In this document: positions 44,412 through 54,427 of the stretch, one piece after another
Layout: every line of letters starts with the position of its first letter
How positions within the stretch are numbered: position 1 is the first letter of the stretch
Assembly: GCA_965207735.1 (NCBI GenBank)
Contig: OZ242296.1
Span: 5,200,215-5,264,214 of the forward strand
Length of the DNA: 64,000 nt
Origin: Candidatus Versatilivorator sp.
GTDB taxonomy: Bacteria > Acidobacteriota > Terriglobia > Versatilivoradales > Versatilivoraceae
Reading direction: 5' to 3'
The notes under the pieces: model-generated
The model's input: only the letters and a program-made list of their open reading frames with translations
Database searches by the model: none
What the model was told of the DNA's origin: nothing
Position numbers and translations under genes: made by a program

Positions 44412-45110
44412 GTGAAATCGCAAAAGGTCGTCATCATTGAGGACGAAGCCGACATCCGCGAGGTCATCGAGTACAACCTCAAGCGGGCGGGGTATCGAAC
44501 CGCCGCGGTTGCAAATGGGGAAAAGGCGCTTCATCTGGTGCGCGACACCCTCCCCGATCTTGTCCTGCTGGATCTGATGCTGCCCGGACTGGATGGACTC
44601 GAGGTCTGTCAACGACTCAAGGACGATGCAGCCACCCGGCACGTCCGCATCATCATGGTCACCGCCAAGGGAGAGGAAAGGGACATTCTGATGGGGCTCG
44701 ACCTGGGGGCGGACGATTACCTGACCAAACCCTTCAGCCCCAAGGAGTTGCTGGGTAGAATCCGGGCGGTTTTGCGCCGGGGCCCGCTTCAGGAGGAGCA
44801 GGCATCTTCCCAATCCCTGGTACGGGGCCCGATGCTCATCGACCAGGAGCGGCACCAGGTGCAACTGGACAGGAGGCCGGTGGATCTGACGGCTACCGAG
44901 TTTCGGCTGCTTCATTTCCTGGTCACCCACCCCGGCAGAGTGTTCACTCGAGACCAGCTCCTGAGCCGAGTCATTGGAGAGAACGCCTCGGTGGTGGACC
45001 GTAACATCGACGTGCACGTGCGGGCCGTACGCAAAAAGCTGGGAGAGCACCGGGACCTCATTCACACGGTCAGAGGGGTTGGCTACTGCTTCCGAAATCC
45101 GGGGGAATGA
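44412..45110 (+). CDS. OmpR/PhoB family response regulator
   Basis: LDLMLPG, GADDYLTKPFS, TVRGVGY. Confidence 0.93.
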   Translation: MKSQKVVIIEDEADIREVIEYNLKRAGYRTAAVANGEKALHLVRDTLPDLVLLDLMLPGLDGLEVCQRLKDDAATRHVRIIMVTAKGEERDILMGLDLGADDYLTKPFSPKELLGRIRAVLRRGPLQEEQASSQSLVRGPMLIDQERHQVQLDRRPVDLTATEFRLLHFLVTHPGRVFTRDQLLSRVIGENASVVDRNIDVHVRAVRKKLGEHRDLIHTVRGVGYCFRNPGE

Positions 45111-45177
45111 CGCCACCACCCCAGCTCTTCCGGTGACGCCGACGGTCCGGCAAACGCCGGGCGCCCAGAGTGCCCCC

Positions 45178-45240
45178 GGCAAGTCCGGCCCCCGCCCTGC
45201 CGTGCGGATCATACGAGAGTGAAACAACGAATCTTCACAG
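45178..45240 (+). repeat. R1 short unit
   Basis: GGCAAGTCCGGCCCCCGCCCTGCCGTGCGGATCATACGAGAGTGAAACA-ACGA-ATCTTCA. Confidence 0.8.
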
Positions 45241-45290
45241 CCGGTCGGGAACAAGGACCCTGTTCGGTTAGCATGGATTTCTACCTATTG

Positions 45291-45443
45291 AACATCGATG
45301 CACAGGATTAACAGGATTAACAGGACGAGAGCTTCCTGCACCAGAAGCCAACTCGGGCGATGATCCGGTGCGGCTTTGCGGATTCCCGGCATTAGAAGCT
45401 GGCCGTTTCCTGAAGAATCCTGTGAATCCTGTGCATCGATGTT
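45291..45443. repeat. Repeat family R3: 153-bp element with 19-bp terminal inverted repeats and 9-mer subrepeats
   Basis: AACATCGATGCACAGGATT...AATCCTGTGCATCGATGTT; half copy at 14647-14705. Confidence 0.8.
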
Positions 45444-45808
45444 AATCATCCCTGTAAATCACGATGGGATCGGAAGCGCCCCCCACTGGCTCCGCCGCGG
45501 TCCTTGTTGCTTCTTCGCGGACAAATCCTCTTTGTCCCTTGTGTCCTTCGTTGACCCCTTGCCGACCTTCGCCCCATCCCTCTTGAGCCTTCTCCAGCGC
45601 CTTGGTGGCCCTTCGTCGTTCTTCGTGCCCCTTCGTGGATAACTCTTTTTCTTTTGTCGTTTTGTCGTTTGTCGGTTGTTTCAGGCAAGCCGGGCCCCCG
45701 CCCTGCTGTGCGGATCATACGAAAGTGAAACAATCAGAAATCGATCAACCTTTCGCGACCTTGGCACCCCGTCGCGGTCAACCTCAGCGCCTTAGCCCGC
45801 ATTTCTCA

Positions 45809-46677
45809 GTGCGCCATGGAAAGGCGCCTTCTTCCAACGGGTGCGAAACCCGTCCAACAACTGTCGCTCCGGTTGGTAGCAGCCAGGGCGGATCATGGAG
45901 GTAACGATATGGTCTGAAGCCCTCTGGTGTCAAAGGGCCGCTTAAGGCGGTTCAGCGAGCATGCGGGCCGGAACGCGAGTGAACGTCGAGCAGGCCTCGA
46001 AACGGGCAATGCGGGGGCCGACCCACCTGAGAAATGGGGAAGGCCGAAGACGGAGGGGGAAGCGAGCGACGCGGGCACCCCTTTGGACCCGCCGGGGTAG
46101 TGGCGCTGGCACGCATGGAAGGGGAAGAAGGCAGCAACATGGGAAGCCCTGTGGGTGGTGAGGCACGCACCGAACCGGAAGCTCGCGAGAGTCAGTCTAG
46201 GCCGACAGGGTGGCGGAGAGGCCTGTAGTACCGGAGAAGCCGGGTAATACCGGTGGAGGGAAGGGGCCTCAGGTGAGGAGCGGTGACCGAAGGGGGAAGG
46301 GTCCCGGGAGTGGCGAAAGCCTGAAACCCCGACCAAAAAAGGGCCGGAGACTCCGGAAGCATCACATGCAAAAGTGAAAGGGTCGTCGGAGGAGGACGGC
46401 GTCGTCAGGGCATCAACAGGCCTGGCGGCAACCCGGGAGCGGAAGTGGATGGAGTGGGGGACGGGTGCCAATCCCATAGGAGTCGTCCACGGATGCGAGC
46501 GGGGACCTGTGTGCGAGACGCATGATCCCACTGGAGAGCCGAGATGCGGGAAAACCGCACGTCCGGTTCGGAGAGCGGGGACTGGAAACGTGATAAGGGA
46601 GCCGGACTGAGGCCCGAAGCGAAAGCGACGGAATAGCCACCGGACCCTATAGTCAACGCGCCAGTCCTCGACTCTAC
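45809..46677 (+). ncRNA. ORF-less group II intron, copy 2 (869 nt)
   Basis: Appears identical to 13139-14007 (offset 32670; identical spurious ORFs in the track). Confidence 0.93.
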
Positions 46678-46899
46678 CCAGAGTTCGCACAGGAGCGGTA
46701 AAAGGGGCCATGGAGGCATTTGAGGCCGAGTTTAACAACGTTGGTGGCTGGATCGGTAGGCAAAGGCCAACAGCGGAGGCTTCTGAGGCTCTCCGAGGAA
46801 CCTCAGGCGGCATTTTCCCTCGAAAACAGCGACACCTCTGCCATCGGGCCTGGTGGCCGCGTCTTCAAGGGCCAGGAGTGACGGTCGGGTCAGGGCACC

Positions 46900-48267
46900 T
46901 CAGGGCGGCAGGTGAGCCCAAGCGATGCGGAACTCCCTCTGGTAAGGACATCCGGAAGCCATGGCGACCTTGATGCGACGGACCGAGATGGTGACCTGAG
47001 CGCCGATCTTGAGCAGTTTGAGTCTGATGGAACCGACGGTGGCCCGGGCCAGGCAGGTGGATTGCAGCGCCCGCCGGCGCAAGCCCTCCACCAGCACATA
47101 GGCGAAAGAGGTCATCAGGAGCCGGAGCTGATTCGCCCGGAAGGAGTGGGTGGAGGTGCGATCGGCAAACAGGTCGAGTTGCTGCTCCTTGATGCGGTTT
47201 TCCATCTCACCGCGGGCACAGTAGATCTTCTCATAGAGGAACTGGGCGGGGTAGTCCTGGACCGACAGAGAGGTGACGACGAAGCGGGGGTTGGGGCCGC
47301 GGGGCAGGACCTCGGCTTTGGCGACCAGGCGGCGCTCGTGGGACCAGCTCTTGTGAGTGCGGTAGGAGAGGTCGGTGAAGATCCGGGCGGGCTGCTGTTG
47401 CTGGTCTGAGAGGGCCTGGGCCTGAGCCAACTCGGGGGCGATGGCGTCTTGGAGGCGGGAGTTGCGGGCCAGGCCGAAGAGATAGTCGACCTGATGCTGC
47501 TCACACCACCCCATCAGCTCCTCACGGGCAAAGCCGGAGTCGGCCCGCAGCAGGATCTTGACCTGAGGCCAGACACGCCGTAGGCGGGAGACGATGCGCT
47601 GGACCTGCTCCAGAGCGCCGGCGGAGGCATCGATGTTGGCGGGTCTGAGCAGGGCCGAGAGCAGATGGCGGCCCGAGAAGATGTAGAGGGGCAGGTAGCA
47701 GTAGCCTCGGTAGTAGCCGTGGAAGAAGCGGTCCTCTTGTTCCCCGTGGAGGGGATCGTCAGTGGCGTCGAGGTCGAGGATGATCTCATCGGGGGGTTGG
47801 GGATGGGCTTGCAGAAACAGTTTCACCAGGAGGGCTTGCAAGGCCTCGGGGTCGTGGTCAATCTTGTGGTAGCGGGTGGGGCCTTGGGTGGGGGCGTGTT
47901 CGAGTCGGTTGAGGGTGCTCTTGCCTGCCAGGGGAGGCGAGTCGCCACGACGGCCTTTCTCTGAAAACAAGGCCATGAGGGGATCGTGACGGAGTTGGTC
48001 GTGGTCGATGAGATCCTCGTAGCCGAGGGCGATGCCACGGATGCGCTGAGCGATGAGGGTGCGCAGGCTGTATTGGGTCCGCTTGGGGTCGCGGTGATCG
48101 GTGAAACAGTCGGCCACCTGGTCGGAGAGAGATAAGCCCCGATCCACCCGGCGCAACAGCAGGGAGCCGGCATCGGAAGTGATGGGACCGCCGTCGAAAT
48201 CAGCCACCACGCGGCGGCGGCCGTGGGGTTCAAACTCCAGGGGTTTGGTGTTACACTGTGTCGGCAT
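46900..48267 (-). CDS. IS1380 family transposase
   Basis: FDGGPITSDAG, LDLDATDDPLHGEQE, RADSGF, YCARGEMENRIKE. Confidence 0.95.
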   Translation of the reverse strand: MPTQCNTKPLEFEPHGRRRVVADFDGGPITSDAGSLLLRRVDRGLSLSDQVADCFTDHRDPKRTQYSLRTLIAQRIRGIALGYEDLIDHDQLRHDPLMALFSEKGRRGDSPPLAGKSTLNRLEHAPTQGPTRYHKIDHDPEALQALLVKLFLQAHPQPPDEIILDLDATDDPLHGEQEDRFFHGYYRGYCYLPLYIFSGRHLLSALLRPANIDASAGALEQVQRIVSRLRRVWPQVKILLRADSGFAREELMGWCEQHQVDYLFGLARNSRLQDAIAPELAQAQALSDQQQQPARIFTDLSYRTHKSWSHERRLVAKAEVLPRGPNPRFVVTSLSVQDYPAQFLYEKIYCARGEMENRIKEQQLDLFADRTSTHSFRANQLRLLMTSFAYVLVEGLRRRALQSTCLARATVGSIRLKLLKIGAQVTISVRRIKVAMASGCPYQREFRIAWAHLPP

Positions 48268-48498
48268 CGGTTCTCCTTTAAGAATCTGGTTAACTCCTTA
48301 GACAAGAGTATTTTACCAGATTCCGAGAACCGATGCTTCCTACCTCTGGTGAGAAATGCGGGTTAGTGTCCCTTCGTGGTTCTTCGTGCCCCTTCGTGGA
48401 AATGTCTTTTTCTTTTGTCGTTTGTCGGTTGTTTCAGACAAGAACGGAATCCGGAAGTCTGATTTGCTTGTATACTTTACAGAGGAGATTGTGCCCCC

Positions 48499-49164
48499 AT
48501 GTCGCCGCCGATGAATAGGTGGATTCCGGTCGGGCTTCTGCTGGTCTGCCTCCCGGGCCTGCTGGCGGCCGGGGACCCTCGCATCGATGCCGACGTCGCC
48601 GCCCTGCAGCGGAGGTATTCCTCGATGCAGGATCTCCAAATGAACTTCGTGCAGAGTTACAGTTGGCCCGGGCGCCAGCCCAGGACGGAATCGGGGCAGG
48701 TATTTCTGCGCCGGCCCGGCCTGATGCGGTGGGAATATCGGGAACCCGCGGAAAAGTTGTTTCTGTCCGACGGTGAGACCATTCACTTTTATCTTCCCGA
48801 GCGGAAGCAGGTTCAGAAGGGTCGGGTCGGCCGCAGTCGGGATCGGCGCCTTCCGTTTCTTTTCCTGTTGGGAAGGGGAGATCTGAAGAGGGATTTTTCC
48901 AGCATCGAATGGGCCAGTGAAAAGCCCTTTTTCGGCGGCAACAGGGTCCTGGCCGCCAAGCCCGGCAGGTCTGCCGGTCCGGTGGCGGAGGTTTTGATGG
49001 AATACGATCCGGGTCGGATGCAATTGCAGCGGGTAGCCTTGATCGAACGGGGCGGCGCCAGGAACGACTTTATCTTCACCAACATTCGCGAGAATGCAGG
49101 CCTCGGCAAGGGCTTGTTCGAGTTTCAGGCGCCCCCGGATGTGGAAGCGGTCGGTCTGCCCTGA
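48499..49164 (+). CDS. lolA: Outer membrane lipoprotein carrier LolA
   Basis: RRPGLMRWEY, FLSDGET, FEFQAP. Confidence 0.85.
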   Translation: MSPPMNRWIPVGLLLVCLPGLLAAGDPRIDADVAALQRRYSSMQDLQMNFVQSYSWPGRQPRTESGQVFLRRPGLMRWEYREPAEKLFLSDGETIHFYLPERKQVQKGRVGRSRDRRLPFLFLLGRGDLKRDFSSIEWASEKPFFGGNRVLAAKPGRSAGPVAEVLMEYDPGRMQLQRVALIERGGARNDFIFTNIRENAGLGKGLFEFQAPPDVEAVGLP

Positions 49165-49288
49165 GGCGGCGGGTGCCCGCCCGATGGAGTCGATTCCCGA
49201 GCCCGCGTTTCCTGCCGGGGGGCGTGACAATGGGGCCGCAGTGCCGTCTCGGGGCTTTCCCTCCCCCAAGGCATCGAGGTAAACCAGG

Positions 49289-50503
49289 TTGGCCGAGTTT
49301 CTTTGTCGTCTGTCCGATCCCAGTGGACGGGTCGTTAACGCCAGCTACAACTCCGTCTCCGAATCGGAACTGAGGCGGCGCCTGGAAGATCAGGGATTTT
49401 TTATCTATTCGGTTCGGGAAAAGGGCAAGAGCCTCTCCACCCTGCTACCGCTGTCGGCCGGCCGGCGGAAGATCAAGTCGCGGGAATTTGTCATTTTCAA
49501 CCAGCAGTTCCTGGCCTTGATCCATGCGGGACTGCCGATTCTGAAGTCGCTGGAACTGCTGACCCAGCGGGAGAAGGACGAACAGTTTCGGATCATACTT
49601 CTGGATATTAGCGAGCGGGTCAAGGGCGGCGCCCTGCTTTCCGAAGCCTTTGAGGCCCAGGGGATGTTTCCCAAGGTCTATACCGCCTCCCTGTTCGCCG
49701 GGGAGAAGAGCGGGGGGCTGGAAGAGGTCCTCGGCCGATTCATTCAGTATCAGAAAACGGTCAACTCGACTCGCAACAAGATCAAGACCGCGCTTACCTA
49801 TCCCTCCATATTGGCGGTCCTGCTGGTGGTCCTGGTATCCTTCCTGCTGGCCGAGGTGGTTCCCCGCTTTGCCCAGTTCTATGCGGGGATGGATGCCGCT
49901 CTGCCGGCCATGACGGTACTGCTGGTCGACATCTCGCAGGCCATTCGGGGGCATCTCATCGCCGGGATGCTGGTCTCCGGGGCCTTGCTGGTGGTCCTGA
50001 CCATGTGGGCTCGCAGCATCCAGGGACGGTCCCAAATCGACCGACTCAAGCTGCGTCTGCCGGTCATCGGGGAGGTCTGGAGCAAGTTTCTCTTCGCTCA
50101 GCTCAGCCGGACGCTCTCCACCCTGCTCTCCGGCGGCACGCCCCTGGTGGGCTCCCTGGAGATTGTGGCCGATTCGACCGGCAACCGGGTGGTGACCCAG
50201 GCCCTCAACCGGGCAGTGGTCGCCGTCAGGGAGGGCCAGTCTCTTTCCAGGAGTCTGGAACCCAGCGGCGTGGTGCCGGAAGTGGCCATCGAGATGATTG
50301 AAGTGGGTGAATCCAGCGGCAACCTGAGCGAGATGCTCGGGCACGTGGCCGATTTCTACGATGAGGAAGTCAACACCCGCTTGAACCAGCTCTTTACCTA
50401 TATCGAGCCGATTCTTCTCATGATCCTGGCCATTATCGTGGCCTTTGTTCTGGTTGCCCTCTACCTTCCCATATTCAGCCTGTCCTCTCGCCTGGTGGCT
50501 TGA
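49289..50503 (+). CDS. Type II secretion/type IV pilus platform protein (GspF/PilC)
   Basis: AGEKSG, ALTYP, VGESSG, LYLPIF. Confidence 0.92.
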   Translation: MAEFLCRLSDPSGRVVNASYNSVSESELRRRLEDQGFFIYSVREKGKSLSTLLPLSAGRRKIKSREFVIFNQQFLALIHAGLPILKSLELLTQREKDEQFRIILLDISERVKGGALLSEAFEAQGMFPKVYTASLFAGEKSGGLEEVLGRFIQYQKTVNSTRNKIKTALTYPSILAVLLVVLVSFLLAEVVPRFAQFYAGMDAALPAMTVLLVDISQAIRGHLIAGMLVSGALLVVLTMWARSIQGRSQIDRLKLRLPVIGEVWSKFLFAQLSRTLSTLLSGGTPLVGSLEIVADSTGNRVVTQALNRAVVAVREGQSLSRSLEPSGVVPEVAIEMIEVGESSGNLSEMLGHVADFYDEEVNTRLNQLFTYIEPILLMILAIIVAFVLVALYLPIFSLSSRLVA

Positions 50504-50517
50504 AGGGGGGAGAACCC

Positions 50518-52152
50518 ATGAATTCCCGGCATCAACCCCTGCAGGACTCGGCGGTGGTGGATCAGAACCTGGGCGTCGGGGAAGAAGAGCAGCAGGCTCG
50601 CAACCTGGCGAGTCGGTACCGCTGTGAATTCGTCGACCTGACCAACTTCCCCATGGACCCGGAGCTCTTCCGCAACATCCCGGCGGAGTGGATGTTCCGC
50701 TACAACTTCGTCCCTCTCAAGATGGTCAATGGGGCCTTGATGGTGGCGATTGCCGACCCGAGTGAATTGATGCTGCAGGATGAGCTGGGCACTCTCTTGG
50801 GGAAGAGATTGGTGGTGAGGGTCGCCCGGGGCTCCCAGATCGGCGACATACTCAAGAAGAGCGAGTCTTCCCAGCGCGTGCTGGAGGAAGCCACCGAGGG
50901 CTTGACCCTGATCAAGGAGGATGAGACCGGCGAGGAGATCTCCATTGAGAAACTGACCGATGAGGGGGAAAGTCCCATTATCCGGTTGGTCGATTCCACC
51001 ATCTTCAACGCCTTGGAGCGCCGGGCCAGCGACATCCACATTCATACCGAAGACAACGACGTCAACATCAAATTCCGGATCGACGGCGTTCTACAGCACG
51101 CCATGGCGCCCATTGCCAAGGAGCATCACTCCACCATCATCTCCCGGATCAAGGTGATGTCCGAACTGGACATCGCGGAACGGCGCATCCCCCAGGACGG
51201 ACGCTTCCGGGTCCGCTACAAGGGCCGCCGCATCGACTTTCGCGTTTCCATCATGCCTTCCATCCACGGGGAAGATGCGGTCCTGCGCGTCCTGGACAAG
51301 GAGTCGATGAGCGAGAAGTTCAGCCAGCTCAGCCTGGACGTGGTGGGGTTCAACCAGTCCGACCTGCCAAAGTTTCGCCGATACATCCGCGAGCCCTACG
51401 GGATGGTGCTGGTTACCGGCCCCACCGGCAGCGGCAAGACGACCACCTTGTACGCCGCAGTCTCGGAGATCAAGTCCGAAGAGGACAAGATCATTACCAT
51501 CGAGGATCCCGTCGAATACCAGCTCAAGGGGATCACGCAGATTCCGGTGAATGAGAAGAAGGGACTGACCTTTGCCCGCGGACTGCGCTCCATTCTGCGC
51601 CACGACCCGGACAAGATCATGGTGGGCGAGATCCGGGATTCGGAGACGGCCCAGATCGCCATCCAGTCGGCTCTCACCGGACATCTGGTGTTCACCACGG
51701 TGCATGCCAACAACGTGGTGGACGTGCTGGGTCGATTCATGAACATGGGCGTGGAGCCCTACAACTTCGTCTCCGCCTTGAACTGCATCCTGGCGCAGCG
51801 CCTGGTCCGGGTGATCTGCGAACACTGCAAGCGTCCCTTCCGGGCGGACGCGGCCCTGCTGACCGAATCGGGGCTGTCGGCCGAAGACCACGGACAGCAG
51901 ATCTTCCATGAGGGAGCCGGATGCCTGGAATGCGGAGGCACCGGCTACCGGGGTCGAACGGCCATTCATGAGTTGCTGGACCTTTCGGACCGCATTCGGG
52001 AGATGATCCTGGAGCGCAGGCCGGCCTCGGAGATCAAGAGGGCGGCTCTGGAAGACGGAATGACCTCGCTCCGGGATTGCGCCTTGCAAAAGGCCTTCTC
52101 CGGGGAAACCAGTCTGAGGGAGATCAACAAGGTCACCTTTATCGAGGGTTGA
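50518..52152 (+). CDS. GspE/PilB family ATPase
   Basis: GPTGSGKTTTLY, TIEDPVE, LRHDPD, TGHLV. Confidence 0.95.
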   Translation: MNSRHQPLQDSAVVDQNLGVGEEEQQARNLASRYRCEFVDLTNFPMDPELFRNIPAEWMFRYNFVPLKMVNGALMVAIADPSELMLQDELGTLLGKRLVVRVARGSQIGDILKKSESSQRVLEEATEGLTLIKEDETGEEISIEKLTDEGESPIIRLVDSTIFNALERRASDIHIHTEDNDVNIKFRIDGVLQHAMAPIAKEHHSTIISRIKVMSELDIAERRIPQDGRFRVRYKGRRIDFRVSIMPSIHGEDAVLRVLDKESMSEKFSQLSLDVVGFNQSDLPKFRRYIREPYGMVLVTGPTGSGKTTTLYAAVSEIKSEEDKIITIEDPVEYQLKGITQIPVNEKKGLTFARGLRSILRHDPDKIMVGEIRDSETAQIAIQSALTGHLVFTTVHANNVVDVLGRFMNMGVEPYNFVSALNCILAQRLVRVICEHCKRPFRADAALLTESGLSAEDHGQQIFHEGAGCLECGGTGYRGRTAIHELLDLSDRIREMILERRPASEIKRAALEDGMTSLRDCALQKAFSGETSLREINKVTFIEG

Positions 52153-52197
52153 ACCGGTTCGGAAGTCCTGCAGAGACCGGAGAGTCAGGAAACGGCG

Positions 52198-53217
52198 ATG
52201 GAATTGTCCCGCTTGAATCGCCTGCTGGGGAGAGAGTCGGGTCGGAGGCGGCTTCATTCTCCGCTGCGCCAATACTTTCAGCCCCGCTTGCCCGGAATCG
52301 CCTGTGAGATCTCTCGCCAGTATTTCTCGGTGGCGCGTATGGACCCGCGCCGTTCCCTCAGGGTTGACGGTTCTGCCGTGGGGAACCTCCCACAGGGATT
52401 GGTCGAGCCTTCCTTGATCGAGCCCGGTGTGGAGTCCATCGAGGAGCTTGGGAAGATCATCAAGTCGACTCTGACCAAGGCCGGAGTCACCACCAACCGG
52501 ATTTCCCTGGCTATTCCCGATGCCTGCGCCCGGGTCGCCATACATCCCCTTGAAGCCCTGCCCTCCAAACAAGGGGAGAAAACAGAGCTTCTCAAGTGGA
52601 AGCTCAAAAAGACCGTCCCCTACGATATCGAGGATGCGCACCTGAGCTTTGTGGAGCAACCGACTGCAACCGGCAAGAACCATGTCATCACGGCCACCAT
52701 TCACAAGGCAGTTCTGGCGCAGTTCGAAGAGGTGTTCGAATCTCTGGGAATTCACGTGGGATTCATCACCTTGTCCACCTTTGCCGCCTATGAGCTCCTG
52801 GCCCGTCAACACCGGGATGAGATCCGGAAATCGGTCTTGTTCATGAGGGTTCGTTCCTCCAACATCTCCTCTTTGATCATTCAGCAAGAAGCCGTTGTCT
52901 TCTATCGCCACACCGATTTCAACTTCGAGAGTCCCATGGATCTGATGGTGAATTGGTCGGCGGATCCCTACGAAGAGATCCACCCCTGCCTGATGTACTA
53001 TCGGGACAAGCTGGACGCTGCCGGAGTGGAGAAGGTCTACCTGGCGTTCCCGCGGGAATTTTCCGAGACGGAACTCTCCTCCCTGGCGGAGCGTACCCGG
53101 GCTTCGGTCTCCAACTTCGACGCCTCCAGGACTGTTCAGTGGAAACAGACCATGCCGTCCAACCTGGTCCACCATATCCTTGCCCCTGCGCTGGGATTGG
53201 CCTTGGGGAAATTCTGA
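52198..53217 (+). CDS. PilM-like protein
   Basis: Position in the cluster; 'WKLKKTVPYDIEDA'. Confidence 0.7.
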   Translation: MELSRLNRLLGRESGRRRLHSPLRQYFQPRLPGIACEISRQYFSVARMDPRRSLRVDGSAVGNLPQGLVEPSLIEPGVESIEELGKIIKSTLTKAGVTTNRISLAIPDACARVAIHPLEALPSKQGEKTELLKWKLKKTVPYDIEDAHLSFVEQPTATGKNHVITATIHKAVLAQFEEVFESLGIHVGFITLSTFAAYELLARQHRDEIRKSVLFMRVRSSNISSLIIQQEAVVFYRHTDFNFESPMDLMVNWSADPYEEIHPCLMYYRDKLDAAGVEKVYLAFPREFSETELSSLAERTRASVSNFDASRTVQWKQTMPSNLVHHILAPALGLALGKF

Positions 53218-53218
53218 G

Positions 53219-53848
53219 ATGCTGAGAGTCCCCCTCAATCTTGCCTCCAAGCCCTTCTTCAACAACCGCAGGTTCTACGCGGCCTCGCTGGTGCTGGGTC
53301 TGGTCTTTGCGGTCCTCTCTGCCGCCAATCTCTTTCTCTATCTGGCCCATCGCTCCCAAAGCCTGAGACTCAACAGCGAACTGGCCGATCAGACCGCCGA
53401 GGCCGGAAGACTGGAGCAGGAGCAGCAGGAAATCTGGGCGCGGCTGCAGCGGCCGGAAACCGAGGATTTTCTGAACCTGGTGGATTATCTCAATCCTCTG
53501 ATCGCCCAAAGGACCTTCTCCTGGACTCGATTCCTCAACCAACTGGAGAAGCTGGTCCCCCACCAGCTTCAGATCGCGGCCATCACTCCCCGGATCGCGG
53601 AGAGTGAAATCGTGGTGGAGATTTTCTGCAACGCCCGCTCCGGCGCAGACTATATCGAGTTCGTCTCGCGGCTGGAGGCCGATCCCGATTTCTATCAAGT
53701 CAACCTGATGACCGAAGACGTGTCGAAGAGCCCCAACTTTGTCGGCAAGCACTACGGGCTGCAAGTGAAGTATCGAGCCCAACCGGCACTGGAGTCGGCC
53801 GGAGCCGGCGTCCCGCAAATCGACCACGGTTCAGGGAGCGTTCCTTAA
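53219..53848 (+). CDS. PilN-like protein
   Basis: 'LNLASKPF', TM, coiled coil. Confidence 0.7.
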   Translation: MLRVPLNLASKPFFNNRRFYAASLVLGLVFAVLSAANLFLYLAHRSQSLRLNSELADQTAEAGRLEQEQQEIWARLQRPETEDFLNLVDYLNPLIAQRTFSWTRFLNQLEKLVPHQLQIAAITPRIAESEIVVEIFCNARSGADYIEFVSRLEADPDFYQVNLMTEDVSKSPNFVGKHYGLQVKYRAQPALESAGAGVPQIDHGSGSVP

Positions 53849-54427
53849 ATGCCGGCTGCCGTCAGAATTCGCAGACCCGATCCCGGGAAACAGCAACTGG
53901 TCCTGTTGACGTTGCTGGGGCTGTGCCTGCTGAACCTGCCCGTCTACTTCCTGCTGGTGCGTCCGGTGATCCTGGCCGACCAGATTGTCACGGCCCGGGC
54001 CCGTGAGGTGCAATTTCAGCTCCGGCAACGGAGGACCGTTCGCGACAAGCTCCATCAGATCGAGACCCGGATGCGGGAGAGCCAGTCACGCTTCCAGGAG
54101 TTCAAGCAGCGGAACCTCTTCTCCAGGGAGCGGGGAAACTCGGAGCTGCTCAGAGAGCTGGAGTCGGCCTGTCGCAACGCCGGACTGGTCAAGACTCGGG
54201 GAGTCTTTCAATACGACCGCGACACTCGATTCGGCACCCGGAAACTCAGCGTGGTGTTGCCGATAGAGGGGAGTTACGGCAATATCCGCAGGCTCCTGAA
54301 TGCCTTGGAGAACCACTCCAAGTTCATCATCGTCGACTCCCTGAACCTGGAGGATACGCGCGAGGGATCGGGGACTATTCGCATGGACCTGCAGTTGTCC
54401 ACTCTCATCGGGGCTGACCATGAGTGA
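53849..54427 (+). CDS. PilO/GspM-like protein
   Basis: TM, 'EGSYGNIRRLLNALE'. Confidence 0.72.
   Translation: MPAAVRIRRPDPGKQQLVLLTLLGLCLLNLPVYFLLVRPVILADQIVTARAREVQFQLRQRRTVRDKLHQIETRMRESQSRFQEFKQRNLFSRERGNSELLRELESACRNAGLVKTRGVFQYDRDTRFGTRKLSVVLPIEGSYGNIRRLLNALENHSKFIIVDSLNLEDTREGSGTIRMDLQLSTLIGADHE

Larger units (their letters stand above)
45796..48362 (-). mobile_element. IS1380 family insertion sequence (~1.7 kb without the intron)
   Basis: 19-bp IR CCCGCATTTCTCACCAGAG after intron removal; TTAG on both flanks; transposase. Confidence 0.93.
45600..48442 (+). repeat. R1 array split by IS1380 (45600-45795 and 48363-48442)
   Basis: Removing the IS restores CTCAGCGCCTTAGTGTCCCTTCGT, as at 37031-37053. 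Confidence 0.88.

Noticed and set aside
45893-46813. ORFs overlapping the intron copies (also 13223-13861)
   Set aside because: Antisense or shadow frames of structured RNA; no RT motifs such as YADD.
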